The notes beneath the pieces were generated by a model. It did no database searches and was not told the DNA's origin. It saw nothing but the letters and a program-made list of their open reading frames with translations. This document shows, one piece after another, positions 1 to 7,185 of a DNA stretch of 10,033 bases. The position numbers were made by a program, and so were the translations under genes. Position 1 is the stretch's first letter, and each line of letters begins with the position of its first letter. Source of the stretch: Atribacterota bacterium (lineage in GTDB: Bacteria > Atribacterota > Phoenicimicrobiia > Phoenicimicrobiales > Phoenicimicrobiaceae); contig JBBRDV010000053.1 in assembly GCA_038203565.1 (NCBI GenBank), forward strand, positions 1-10,033, read 5' to 3'.

Positions 1-513
1 AACCGAAAAAGGAGTTTGGAGTTGAGGCTGAGGCTGAATCTGTGCTGCAAGTTTATCTTTTTCTTTAATAAACCCGGAAACGGTAATTACCACCTGAGAA
101 TTGACCGAGTCATTAGATTCCAGGTAAACCCGTTTAGTGAAACGTCCTATCATGTCCAGAGAATTAACCGTAATCTTCAATTCTCCCACTTCTCCAGGAT
201 TAAATTCTTGGGCAGAAATAATCGTATCAATACAGGAATCACAACTAACCTTGGTTCCCTTAATAATTAAAGCCTCGTCTCCCATATTTTTAAATTTAAA
301 AATATGGGTAGGAAGTTCATCAGGAGTGATTTCTCCAAAATCCCAGGAATATTCCAGGAAGTAAATAGAGGGACCAGTGCCAGCCAGGGCAATAATCATA
401 TTGCCATATAACGGAAAAATCTGGACTATAAAAATAAAAAATAAAGAAAAAGCAATATAAATCATTAAAGAAAATATTCTATTTTTTATAATTATATTAT
501 CTTTTATATTCAT
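1..513 (-). CDS. Exported/membrane-anchored DUF1573-type Ig-like domain protein, partial (3' end beyond window edge)
   Basis: Not in the ORF track; translated by hand. ATG at 513, GAGGT RBS at 526-530, open to position 1: MNIKDNIIIKNRIFSLMIYIAFSLFFIFIVQIFPLYGNMIIALAGTGPSIYFLEYSWDFGEITPDELPTHIFKFKNMGDEALIIKGTKVSCDSCIDTIISAQEFNPGEVGELKITVNSLDMIGRFTKRVYLESNDSVNSQVVITVSGFIKEK... It has a hydrophobic N-terminus and the DUF1573-like pattern wDFGeI..F.FkN.G...L.I....SC..C...PGE.G.l.v....G.F.K.v.v.sND. Confidence 0.8.
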   Translation of the reverse strand, partial: MNIKDNIIIKNRIFSLMIYIAFSLFFIFIVQIFPLYGNMIIALAGTGPSIYFLEYSWDFGEITPDELPTHIFKFKNMGDEALIIKGTKVSCDSCIDTIISAQEFNPGEVGELKITVNSLDMIGRFTKRVYLESNDSVNSQVVITVSGFIKEKDKLAAQIQPQPQLQTPFSV

Positions 514-560
514 TATTTGCTATATACCTCGTTATCTTTTTTATATTTCTAATCTTCTTG

Positions 561-590
561 ATTATATAATAGATACCCTCCTTTTGGCAA
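561..590 (-). promoter_or_regulatory. Putative sigma70 promoter of the DUF1573 gene
   Basis: Minus strand TTGCCA (590-585), 18-nt spacer, TATAAT (566-561), about 50 nt upstream of the ATG. The AT-rich context lowers specificity. Confidence 0.45.
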
Positions 591-641
591 ATTAAAAAGT
601 TTCCCAAAGGTGCCTGGCACTTTTGGGAAACTTTTTAATTT
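589..641. repeat. Long palindrome, copy 1 (core AAAAGTTTCCCAAAGGTGCC-T-GGCACTTTTGGGAAACTTTT)
   Basis: 26-bp arms (589-614 and 616-641) with one mismatch around a central T at 615. A second copy lies at 6302-6342. Confidence 0.9.
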
Positions 642-659
642 TTGTAAAAAACAAAAATA

Positions 660-668
660 TGATATACT
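660..668 (+). promoter_or_regulatory. Putative extended -10 promoter of the lptF/G-lptD operon
   Basis: TG-A-TATACT, 27 nt upstream of ATG 696; GAGGT RBS at 687-691. Confidence 0.35.
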
Positions 669-695
669 TAGAAAAATATTTTAAGTGAGGTACTG

Positions 696-1808
696 ATGGC
701 TATAAATTTATCACTCAGGAAGTTTCCACGGCCCAAGATATTAGACCGCTATATTGTAAAGGAAGTAATGAGTTTTGTGGCTCTGGCTGTTGCTGCGCTA
801 ACCATTATGCTAATCATGCAAACTCTCTTTGAGTTAATGGATATGTTGATTAATAAGAAGGTGGCCTGGCCCTATATTGTCAAGTTATTAGCCTATCGCC
901 TTCCGGCATTTCTGGTAGTGACCTTCCCTATCTCTTTGCTAGCTTCCAGTGAACTGGCTATTGGCCGCCTTTCCACAGATGGTGAAATAACTGCTATGAG
1001 AGCAGGGGGAATAAGCCTGCGCCGAATAATGATTCCTTTTTTAATTGCTGCTTTAGCCATAAGTATTTTGGCTTTTATAATCAATGATTATATTGTTCCT
1101 GAGGCTAACCACATTTCACAAAATATTATCCGGGAGATTGTGTTAAAGAAAGGACCGCCTAATATCATGCGAAATGTCTTTTTTCGTGATGCTGAAAATC
1201 GTTATTTCTATATAAATCGGCTTGATGAAAAAAATATGATTATGCAGGATATTATGATCTATGAAATGACTCGGGAAAAATTTCCCCGAACGATAACTGC
1301 CAAGACAGGGAAGTGGGTCGTTGACACCTGGAAGCTGGAGAATGGGATTATCTATAATTATGATGAAGATGGTAAGGTTACCTATGAAATGAGCTTTGAA
1401 ACTTTAGATATTATTGTTAAAGAAGACCTGCAAAAATTCTTTACGAATCAGAGGACTCCTCAGGAGATGAGCAGCAAGGAATTAAGGCAGCAAATAAATA
1501 TTTTACAACGAGCAGGTGCAGATACTAAAAATTTTGAAGTAGATTTCTATATGAAATACTCTATCCCTTTTAGCGGCCTCATCTTTGTGCTGTTGGGGGT
1601 GCCTTTAGGTTTACGGGTAAAGAAAGGAGGTAAAGCTACGGGGATAATTATTAGTATTGTCCTGGTTTTGTTTTACTATATACTCCTTTCTACTACCAGA
1701 TCATTTGGTCGAGAGGGGATGTTAACCCCCATCTTGGCTGCCTGGTTATCTAATATAATCTTTGGTATTTTAGGGGTAATAATTATGTTTAGGGCGGAGA
1801 AGAAGTGA
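696..1808 (+). CDS. LPS export ABC transporter permease, LptF/LptG (YjgP/YjgQ) family
   Basis: 370 aa with ILDRYI N-terminus, three TM helices, GRLSTDGEITAMRAGGISLRRI motif, beta-rich periplasmic domain, PQEMS..EL, three further TMs and a PILAAWLSNIIF C-terminus. F versus G cannot be told by eye. Confidence 0.95.
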   Translation: MAINLSLRKFPRPKILDRYIVKEVMSFVALAVAALTIMLIMQTLFELMDMLINKKVAWPYIVKLLAYRLPAFLVVTFPISLLASSELAIGRLSTDGEITAMRAGGISLRRIMIPFLIAALAISILAFIINDYIVPEANHISQNIIREIVLKKGPPNIMRNVFFRDAENRYFYINRLDEKNMIMQDIMIYEMTREKFPRTITAKTGKWVVDTWKLENGIIYNYDEDGKVTYEMSFETLDIIVKEDLQKFFTNQRTPQEMSSKELRQQINILQRAGADTKNFEVDFYMKYSIPFSGLIFVLLGVPLGLRVKKGGKATGIIISIVLVLFYYILLSTTRSFGREGMLTPILAAWLSNIIFGILGVIIMFRAEKK

Positions 1809-1839
1809 ATTAGTCGTTAGTTTTAAAAACAAGATAATT

Positions 1840-1871
1840 TAGTTAGTTGGTTAGCTGGTTAATTAGTTTAA
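1840..1871 (+). repeat. Degenerate 8-mer tandem repeat x4
   Basis: TAGTTAGT TGGTTAGC TGGTTAAT TAGTTTAA between lptF/G and lptD. Confidence 0.7.
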
Positions 1872-1895
1872 AGGAAATAAGGAAATATAAGAAAT

Positions 1896-4118
1896 ATGAT
1901 ACAAAGCGGAAAAGCAAAGAATGTAGAAATTTTTTTAGTAATATTTATACTACTTTTGGGGCTAAATCTGGGTTTTTTGAATTCCAAATTTACCCTGTTG
2001 TCCTTTGCACAGGAGACCGGGGAAACAGAAGTAACCGGGGAAACAGGAGAGACGTTTGAAGTGCAAGAAGCACCCGCAACTGAAGAAGCTGTAGATGCTG
2101 TAGATACAGAAGAAACAGCGATAGCAGAAGAAACAGAAGAAGAATTGGATATTTCTCTCACTGCTGATTATATTACTTATGAAAAGATAAATGAAGAAGA
2201 CCTAGTTATCGCCAAAGATAAGGTACAACTTAAATACCAGGATATCGAGGTAAAGGCTGAATATTTGAAGATTAATTTAACTACCCACCTTCTCTTCGCC
2301 TCCGGAGAAGTCTTCTTTAAACAAGATGAGACTGAAACTAACTGTGAGGAACTTACCTATAACTGGAAGACTAAAAAAATAATTCTGCTACGATTAAAGG
2401 GTGAATTAACCGGGGAAGGCATCAAGGGAAAGGTATATTATCAGGGAGAGAAGATGGAAAATTTCCCAGAAACCGTGGAACTTACCGGAGGAAGTTTTAC
2501 CACCTGTGAATTAGAAGAACCTCACTATCGCATAGTCGCCAAAGAAATGATTATCTATCCCAAAGACAAGATAATCGCCCGTAATATCTCCTGGTATGAA
2601 GGCAAAACAAAAATAATTACCCTCCCCTATTTCTTGATTTTTTTAGATCGCAAGACCCAAATGCCTATCCTTCCCAAGATCGGACAAAATAGTGCAGATG
2701 GCTGGTTTGTCAAAACAAATTTTAACTATTATATTGATGAAAAATCTTACGGCACGCTTTATATCGATTGGCTGGAAAGGAAAGGGATCGGCATAGGGGT
2801 TGAACATACCTGGGAAATAGGAAGCCAGGATAACCCCGGAGAAACCTCCCTTTACCTCTATCAAATTAAGGAAAAAGATAGCGGAAATATCAATTTAACC
2901 GGGAAGGTAAAATATGGGCAGGAGTTTGGAGATAATATTAAAACACATTTAACCCTGGATTATAGTGGAATGAAAGCTGAAGGAGAGGGATTCCTAAGCA
3001 ATAGTTTGAAATCTCAATTTACTTTGGATAAACAAGGAGAAAAATATAATCTTAATATAAGTGGTAAATATAATTTCAGCGGAAAAGAAATTGAAGATTT
3101 AAGTATTAACGGTAATATAACCATAAAACATAATTATACTTTCAGTGATAATTTAAATTCAGCTCTCACTTTGGTTTACACCGATAAAAACCCGGCTGGT
3201 CAGGAAGCAGCAGACCTGGAATTAGAACCGAAATGGGAGCTAAAATATAAGGGTGAGGGTTATACCTTAAGTTTGACAACTGAAAAGAGATTTGACCTGG
3301 ATGGCGATAATTATACCGGAGAAAATGTTTCTAAGATAATTGACCGCTTGCCGGAGTTTGTCTTTAACAAAAGTGCTGCCACCATCGGAGATACTAAAAT
3401 CACTTATGATATTAATGCCTCGGTGGCACACTTCTATGAGGCAGCTTCCGAGGAAGATAACTGGCGCGGAGAATATATTATTAACGTTAAAAGACCTTTT
3501 AATTTTGGTGAACATTTTACTTTAACCCCTTCGGGAATCTTTCGGCAGGATGTCTATTTAAGCGGGGAAGCTCGCTATTTAGTAGGTGGAAAAGTTGATT
3601 TAAAGGCAGCTTATAATCCTTATATTTCCTCTACTTTATCTTATAATTATAATAAATCGGTGGGTCCGACTCCTTTTAATTTTGATTATATCACTCCTCT
3701 AACCAATACAGTTAGCGGAAAATTAACCTTAACACCAACAGAAAAAATTAAACTGGATTTGTCCACTAATTATAATTTTGTCACGGAAAATTTTGGAAAT
3801 TTAGTGGCCAAATTAGAGTATAAACCAAAAGAGGACTGGAAGATGAACTTTAGTACCTCTTATAATTTAAATACTAAGGAGTGGACCAAGAAGATAAATT
3901 CCACCCTTGATCTGCAGTTAAGCGATGATTGGAGCATCAAATATAAAGGTGTGGTAGATTTAGAAGATTTTAAACTTACCAATAGCGTGGTGGGAATTAC
4001 CCGGGACCTTCACTGTCGGGAAATAACCATAAATTATAAACAGGCTACCAAGTCTTTCTGGGTGGAATTCTACATCAAAGCCTTCCCAACTGAGAAGATA
4101 ACTCTGGGGGGACAGTGA
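1896..4118 (+). CDS. lptD: LPS assembly outer-membrane protein, LptD-like (OstA beta-jellyroll plus beta-barrel)
   Basis: 740 aa with a signal-like N-terminus, acidic linker, OstA-like domain (LTADYITY..V.LKY.D..VKAE..A.GEV), FTTC..PHY motif, aromatic/Gly-rich amphipathic strands, and RDLHC near the C-terminus. Lies directly after lptF/G. Confidence 0.85.
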   Translation: MIQSGKAKNVEIFLVIFILLLGLNLGFLNSKFTLLSFAQETGETEVTGETGETFEVQEAPATEEAVDAVDTEETAIAEETEEELDISLTADYITYEKINEEDLVIAKDKVQLKYQDIEVKAEYLKINLTTHLLFASGEVFFKQDETETNCEELTYNWKTKKIILLRLKGELTGEGIKGKVYYQGEKMENFPETVELTGGSFTTCELEEPHYRIVAKEMIIYPKDKIIARNISWYEGKTKIITLPYFLIFLDRKTQMPILPKIGQNSADGWFVKTNFNYYIDEKSYGTLYIDWLERKGIGIGVEHTWEIGSQDNPGETSLYLYQIKEKDSGNINLTGKVKYGQEFGDNIKTHLTLDYSGMKAEGEGFLSNSLKSQFTLDKQGEKYNLNISGKYNFSGKEIEDLSINGNITIKHNYTFSDNLNSALTLVYTDKNPAGQEAADLELEPKWELKYKGEGYTLSLTTEKRFDLDGDNYTGENVSKIIDRLPEFVFNKSAATIGDTKITYDINASVAHFYEAASEEDNWRGEYIINVKRPFNFGEHFTLTPSGIFRQDVYLSGEARYLVGGKVDLKAAYNPYISSTLSYNYNKSVGPTPFNFDYITPLTNTVSGKLTLTPTEKIKLDLSTNYNFVTENFGNLVAKLEYKPKEDWKMNFSTSYNLNTKEWTKKINSTLDLQLSDDWSIKYKGVVDLEDFKLTNSVVGITRDLHCREITINYKQATKSFWVEFYIKAFPTEKITLGGQ

Positions 4119-4122
4119 ATAC

Positions 4123-4337
4123 AGTATATAGTATATAGTATGTAGTATATAGTGAAGAAAATACAGAGAAAAGATATAAGACTAGTTAGCTGGTTACTTG
4201 GTTAGCTAGTTAAAAACGTAAAATGTAAGATAGATTAGTTGTTAGTGAATGGTAATTCGTATCGAGTATCGCGTGAAGAAAGTCAAGATTCAGGAGCCTA
4301 ATTCGTATCTAGTATTTCGTGAATCGTATCTCGTAAA
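4123..4337 (+). repeat. Mosaic of degenerate 7-mer and 8-mer tandem repeat blocks
   Basis: (AGTATAT)x4 at 4123-4150; TAGTTAGC TGGTTACT TGGTTAGC TAGTTAAA at 4183-4214; degenerate 7-mers at ~4235-4276; TCGTATC TAGTATT TCGTGAA TCGTATC TCGTAAA at 4303-4337. Blocks are separated by A-rich linkers. Confidence 0.75.
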
Positions 4338-4372
4338 GAAAAGAGAAAATAGAAGTCGGAAGAAAACAACAC

Positions 4373-4539
4373 GTAGGGGCGTATTGCATACGCCCTCAGT
4401 AATCCATATAAAACCGTAGGACAAGTGGGACGCTTGTCTATTTTTTTTATTAGTTACTCGGTTGGGGGCAATTGCTGTAGCGACACGGCGAGCCGTGTTG
4501 ATTGAATCTCAAATAGACACGATGCATCGTGTCTCTACA
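4373..4539 (+). repeat. Direct repeat copy 1 (167 bp): cluster of four GTAG-hairpin REP-like units
   Basis: GTAG-GGGCGTAT-TGC-ATACGCCC (4373-4395); GTAG-GACAAG-N7-CTTGTC (4416-4438); GTAG-CGACACGGC-GA-GCCGTGTTG (4477-4500); AGACACGATGCATCGTGTCT-CTAC (4515-4538, minus-strand GTAG unit). Near identical to 5508-5672. Confidence 0.92.
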
Positions 4540-4592
4540 TTACACGCTCATAGATAGACATTTCGTCAGTTTTTGAATTAAGTTTAAAAACA

Positions 4593-5009
4593 CTATTTTA
4601 TAATTTTTAATACAGAGTCTCTATATTCAAAAAAATCTTTAAGATTCCGTCTTAAAATATTTACTACAATTGCCTCATCTATCTTATCGTAGTGATGAAC
4701 TATTATATTTCTAAATTGAGCCATATTTTTTATCGTTTTGTACTGTTTCTTAGAGATAATGCCCTCTTCCTCGAGTACTTGAAAAGTATCACTATAGCTA
4801 TTAGGAACTCTATATTTTTTATCAGCAATAATGTGATTTGCTATATCCACGCATAATTCAATCATCATCTGAAGTGTTCTCTCAATAATTCTTTGTATCT
4901 TCCAATCTCTGGAATATTCTTTTACCGTTATAGTGGAATATTCTTGAATCTGTTTAATATAAGTTTCAAGCTCAGTTAATTTTCTCATTATTAATATTTT
5001 ATCTACCAA
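4593..5009 (-). CDS. hepT: HepT-like HEPN ribonuclease toxin (DUF86), type VII TA
   Basis: RNIIVHHY fits the HEPN Rx4H motif plus the adjacent Tyr; ER.LQ..IE...DIA.HII pattern. Start re-assigned to TTG at 5009 (138 aa), 7 nt after AAGGAGG; overlaps the upstream gene by 11 bp. Confidence 0.92.
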   Translation of the reverse strand: MVDKILIMRKLTELETYIKQIQEYSTITVKEYSRDWKIQRIIERTLQMMIELCVDIANHIIADKKYRVPNSYSDTFQVLEEEGIISKKQYKTIKNMAQFRNIIVHHYDKIDEAIVVNILRRNLKDFFEYRDSVLKIIK

Positions 5010-5424
5010 GTGAAAACCTCCTTTTAAAAATGTCCTCTTCTTTCTTAGAAAAATCAAAATATTCTCTCAAGACTAAGGACTCAAAAGAATGCCTTAAAAA
5101 TGGATCTTTGTCTACCAATATTTTCTTATTCTCTACTATCCTTGCTCTAAGAGTGAGAGGCGCAATATTAAGTATAACCAGGTCGATTTCCTCGGTACCA
5201 AATACATCTATCAACTTTTTTAAAATAACCATCTTCTCTCTGGCAAAATTTGTTCCCTTTTTTAGATATAAAGCTATATCAATATCACTAAGAGGATTGA
5301 CTTTACCCTTAGTAAGACTACCAAAAAGATAAGCAAAGACTACTTTTGAGTAATTTTCTAAAAAATTACTTGCTTCAGGTAAAAGCTCTAATATATTCTC
5401 AGGAAGTTTTTTATCTTTAATCAT
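4999..5424 (-). CDS. mntA: MntA-like minimal nucleotidyltransferase antitoxin, type VII TA
   Basis: 141 aa; AYLFGS-LTKGKVNPLS-DID fits GSx10DxD; IDLVILN third Asp; AAGGA RBS; immediately upstream of the HEPN gene. Confidence 0.92.
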   Translation of the reverse strand: MIKDKKLPENILELLPEASNFLENYSKVVFAYLFGSLTKGKVNPLSDIDIALYLKKGTNFAREKMVILKKLIDVFGTEEIDLVILNIAPLTLRARIVENKKILVDKDPFLRHSFESLVLREYFDFSKKEEDIFKRRFSLGR

Positions 5425-5507
5425 TATAATTTATCCTTATAATTTACTTTATCCCCTGGATTAAACTAAACCGTAAGATAGATATCTCGTTTGTCCATTA
5501 ATTTATT

Positions 5508-5672
5508 GTAGGGGCGTATTGCATACGCCCTCAGTAATCCATATAAAACCGTAGGACAAGTGGGACGCTTGTCTATTTTTTTTATTAGTTACTCGGTTGG
5601 GGGCAATTGCTGTAGCGACACGGCGTGCCGTGTTGATTGAATCGAATAGACATTATGCATCATGTCTCTACA
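5508..5672 (+). repeat. Direct repeat copy 2 (165 bp): cluster of GTAG-hairpin REP-like units
   Basis: First 136 bp match 4373-4508 except one base; the remainder differs by a 2-bp indel and 4 substitutions. Confidence 0.92.
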
Positions 5673-5703
5673 CATTTCTACTTCCTAGAATTTAATTATA
5701 TTA

Positions 5704-6282
5704 CTAAAGAGTGGTTATTTCAGCAGTTACCTTTATAATATCAAAATCTACTCCGCCATCTCCTGAATCACCTTCTGAATCATCTCTTGTCACTGCAGAA
5801 CCAAGTACGGTGTTGATAGGAAAATAGTCATCTAAATGGTCATAGGGATTATTATCTGAATCAGTAGTGACAACATTAATATCGATGCTGTTCGGATCTT
5901 CTAAATCACTTAACGCTATGGTTACTTGAATCTTGTTTCCACTAAAGCTACCCCCACTGAATATTGATTCAAAATCATCCTTTACTTGAGCAAAATCAAA
6001 GAATCCATCCTCTAATTTAATATAATAAAATATATCATCCCAAAATAAAATATCATATCCTGGTCCAGTCGCTGAATTTCCATCAGCATCCATCACTATA
6101 TAATATATTCCGTTACTAGAGTCGATTATTCCTTCAACTTCTACGGTAATCTCTAATTGATACTCGGTTTCCCCGGGTCCCGGTCCTGGTCCATCAGGCC
6201 ACCTTGCACATCCGGCTGCTACCGTCAATGTTCCTATCATCAAAAAAATAATTATTGCTCTTTTCACATTCATAATTTCCAT
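5704..6282 (-). CDS. Hypothetical acidic lipoprotein (beta-rich, DxDGNxxTG motif)
   Basis: 192 aa; signal peptide ending in VAAG-C lipobox, GPGPGPG tether, YYIVMDADGNSATG, Asp-rich; GAGGGTG RBS. Confidence 0.8.
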   Translation of the reverse strand: MEIMNVKRAIIIFLMIGTLTVAAGCARWPDGPGPGPGETEYQLEITVEVEGIIDSSNGIYYIVMDADGNSATGPGYDILFWDDIFYYIKLEDGFFDFAQVKDDFESIFSGGSFSGNKIQVTIALSDLEDPNSIDINVVTTDSDNNPYDHLDDYFPINTVLGSAVTRDDSEGDSGDGGVDFDIIKVTAEITTL

Positions 6283-6301
6283 AAAATCACCCCTCTATGT
6301 A

Positions 6302-6342
6302 AAAAGTGTCCAAAAAGTGCCTGGCACCTTTGGGAAACTTTT
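6302..6342. repeat. Long palindrome, copy 2
   Basis: AAAAGTGTCCAAAAAGTGCC-T-GGCACCTTTGGGAAACTTTT; its reverse complement matches 595-635 at 38/41 positions; overlaps the lptA stop codon. Confidence 0.85.
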
Positions 6343-7015
6343 AGTCTAATTTAATGCCGCTTCGGACATTTCCTTCTACTTCCAATCTTTCGCTATCAAT
6401 ATAAAAGATGGCTTTATCGCCAGTAATCCATCTGCCGCCCTCTTCGTCTATTCTTACTTTACCGGTCAAAGTAATCTTCTGTTCTTTGTCATTATATACT
6501 GCTACCTCGGCAGTGATGGTATAATCTTTCTTTAAAATCTTTACTTCTCCGACGGCAGTTAAGTCTTTGGTTTCAGTAAAAATCTCCAGACTGTCGCAAT
6601 TCCAGGTAATATTATCTGCTTTGTCTTCTTTGTCTTTTCGCTCCTGAACCAATATTACTTTCTCCTGAAAGATATACTTCTTATCATTAAGAAAAGCTTC
6701 CAAAGTTTCGCCGGTAATGGTAATATCACTCTGGACTAATTTTATATCACCCTTTATCTGGCCAATCTTTTTATCTACATCAAAATCAGCTCCCTGAGCA
6801 GTTAGCGTGATATCTTCCTGGATAATAATTATATTTCCTTCAAAGACCATTTTATCAGTACTCTTATCATAAGTTACATTATCTGCCTGTATATTTACCT
6901 CCGATTCTTTTTTTTCTTCCTGGGCAGAAGCAAAAAATGATAAAAATATAATTAGAGATAAGCTAAAAAGTACGATTAAAAATCTATTAAAACAGAATTT
7001 TTTACAATTTTTCAT
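6341..7015 (-). CDS. lptA: LptA/OstA-family periplasmic LPS transport protein
   Basis: 224 aa; signal peptide ending ASA-Q; repeated jellyroll motifs (IQADNV.Y, FEGNI.I.Q.D.TLTA, LTGKVRI, ITGDKAIF, VEGNV); directly downstream of lptC; AGGAGG RBS. Confidence 0.85.
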   Translation of the reverse strand: MKNCKKFCFNRFLIVLFSLSLIIFLSFFASAQEEKKESEVNIQADNVTYDKSTDKMVFEGNIIIIQEDITLTAQGADFDVDKKIGQIKGDIKLVQSDITITGETLEAFLNDKKYIFQEKVILVQERKDKEDKADNITWNCDSLEIFTETKDLTAVGEVKILKKDYTITAEVAVYNDKEQKITLTGKVRIDEEGGRWITGDKAIFYIDSERLEVEGNVRSGIKLD

Positions 7016-7043
7016 TATATATAAAAACTCCTCCTTTACAATG

Positions 7044-7083
7044 ATTGACTAATTCGCCAATTGACCAATTTACCGATTGAATT
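7044..7083 (-). repeat. Degenerate 8-mer tandem repeat x5
   Basis: ATTGACTA ATTCGCCA ATTGACCA ATTTACCG ATTGAATT on +; the reverse complement (TGGTCAAT-like) resembles the 1840 and 4183 units. Confidence 0.7.
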
Positions 7084-7121
7084 AGCCGTTAGCAAGAGAC
7101 CGGGTAAACGGAAACCTATAT

Positions 7122-7146
7122 GTAGGGGCAGACCTTGTGTCTGCCC
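7122..7146 (+). repeat. Solitary GTAG-hairpin REP-like unit
   Basis: GTAG-GGGCAGAC-CTTGT-GTCTGCCC, a perfect 8-bp stem, between lptC and lptA. Confidence 0.8.
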
Positions 7147-7185
7147 ACAATAAGAGAAAAAAATAAAAACGTAAAAGATAAGAGA

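Noticed and set aside
16..364. ORFs 16..270 and 137..364 (+)
   Set aside because: Antisense shadows of the DUF1573-type gene; no recognisable motifs.
577..584. SD-like AAGGAGG on the - strand
   Set aside because: No start codon follows, and it falls within the predicted promoter spacer.
893..3525. Short ORFs 893..1084, 1847..2059, 1868..2161, 2643..2864, 3267..3515, 3340..3525
   Set aside because: They overlap lptF/G or lptD in other frames or strands, with no coding features.
5010..5057. Longer 154-aa version of the HEPN toxin in the ORF track
   Set aside because: The extension lies within mntA; a strong AAGGAGG precedes TTG at 5009, giving a typical ~138-aa protein.
4373..5672. CRISPR array or integron attC cassette interpretation of the direct repeats
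   Set aside because: Only two copies, 165 bp long and ~1 kb apart; no cas or integrase genes; no RYYYAAC/GTTRRRY ends forming one long attC hairpin.
4373..5672. Classical IS or composite transposon
   Set aside because: No transposase ORF, no terminal inverted repeats spanning the unit and no evident target-site duplication.
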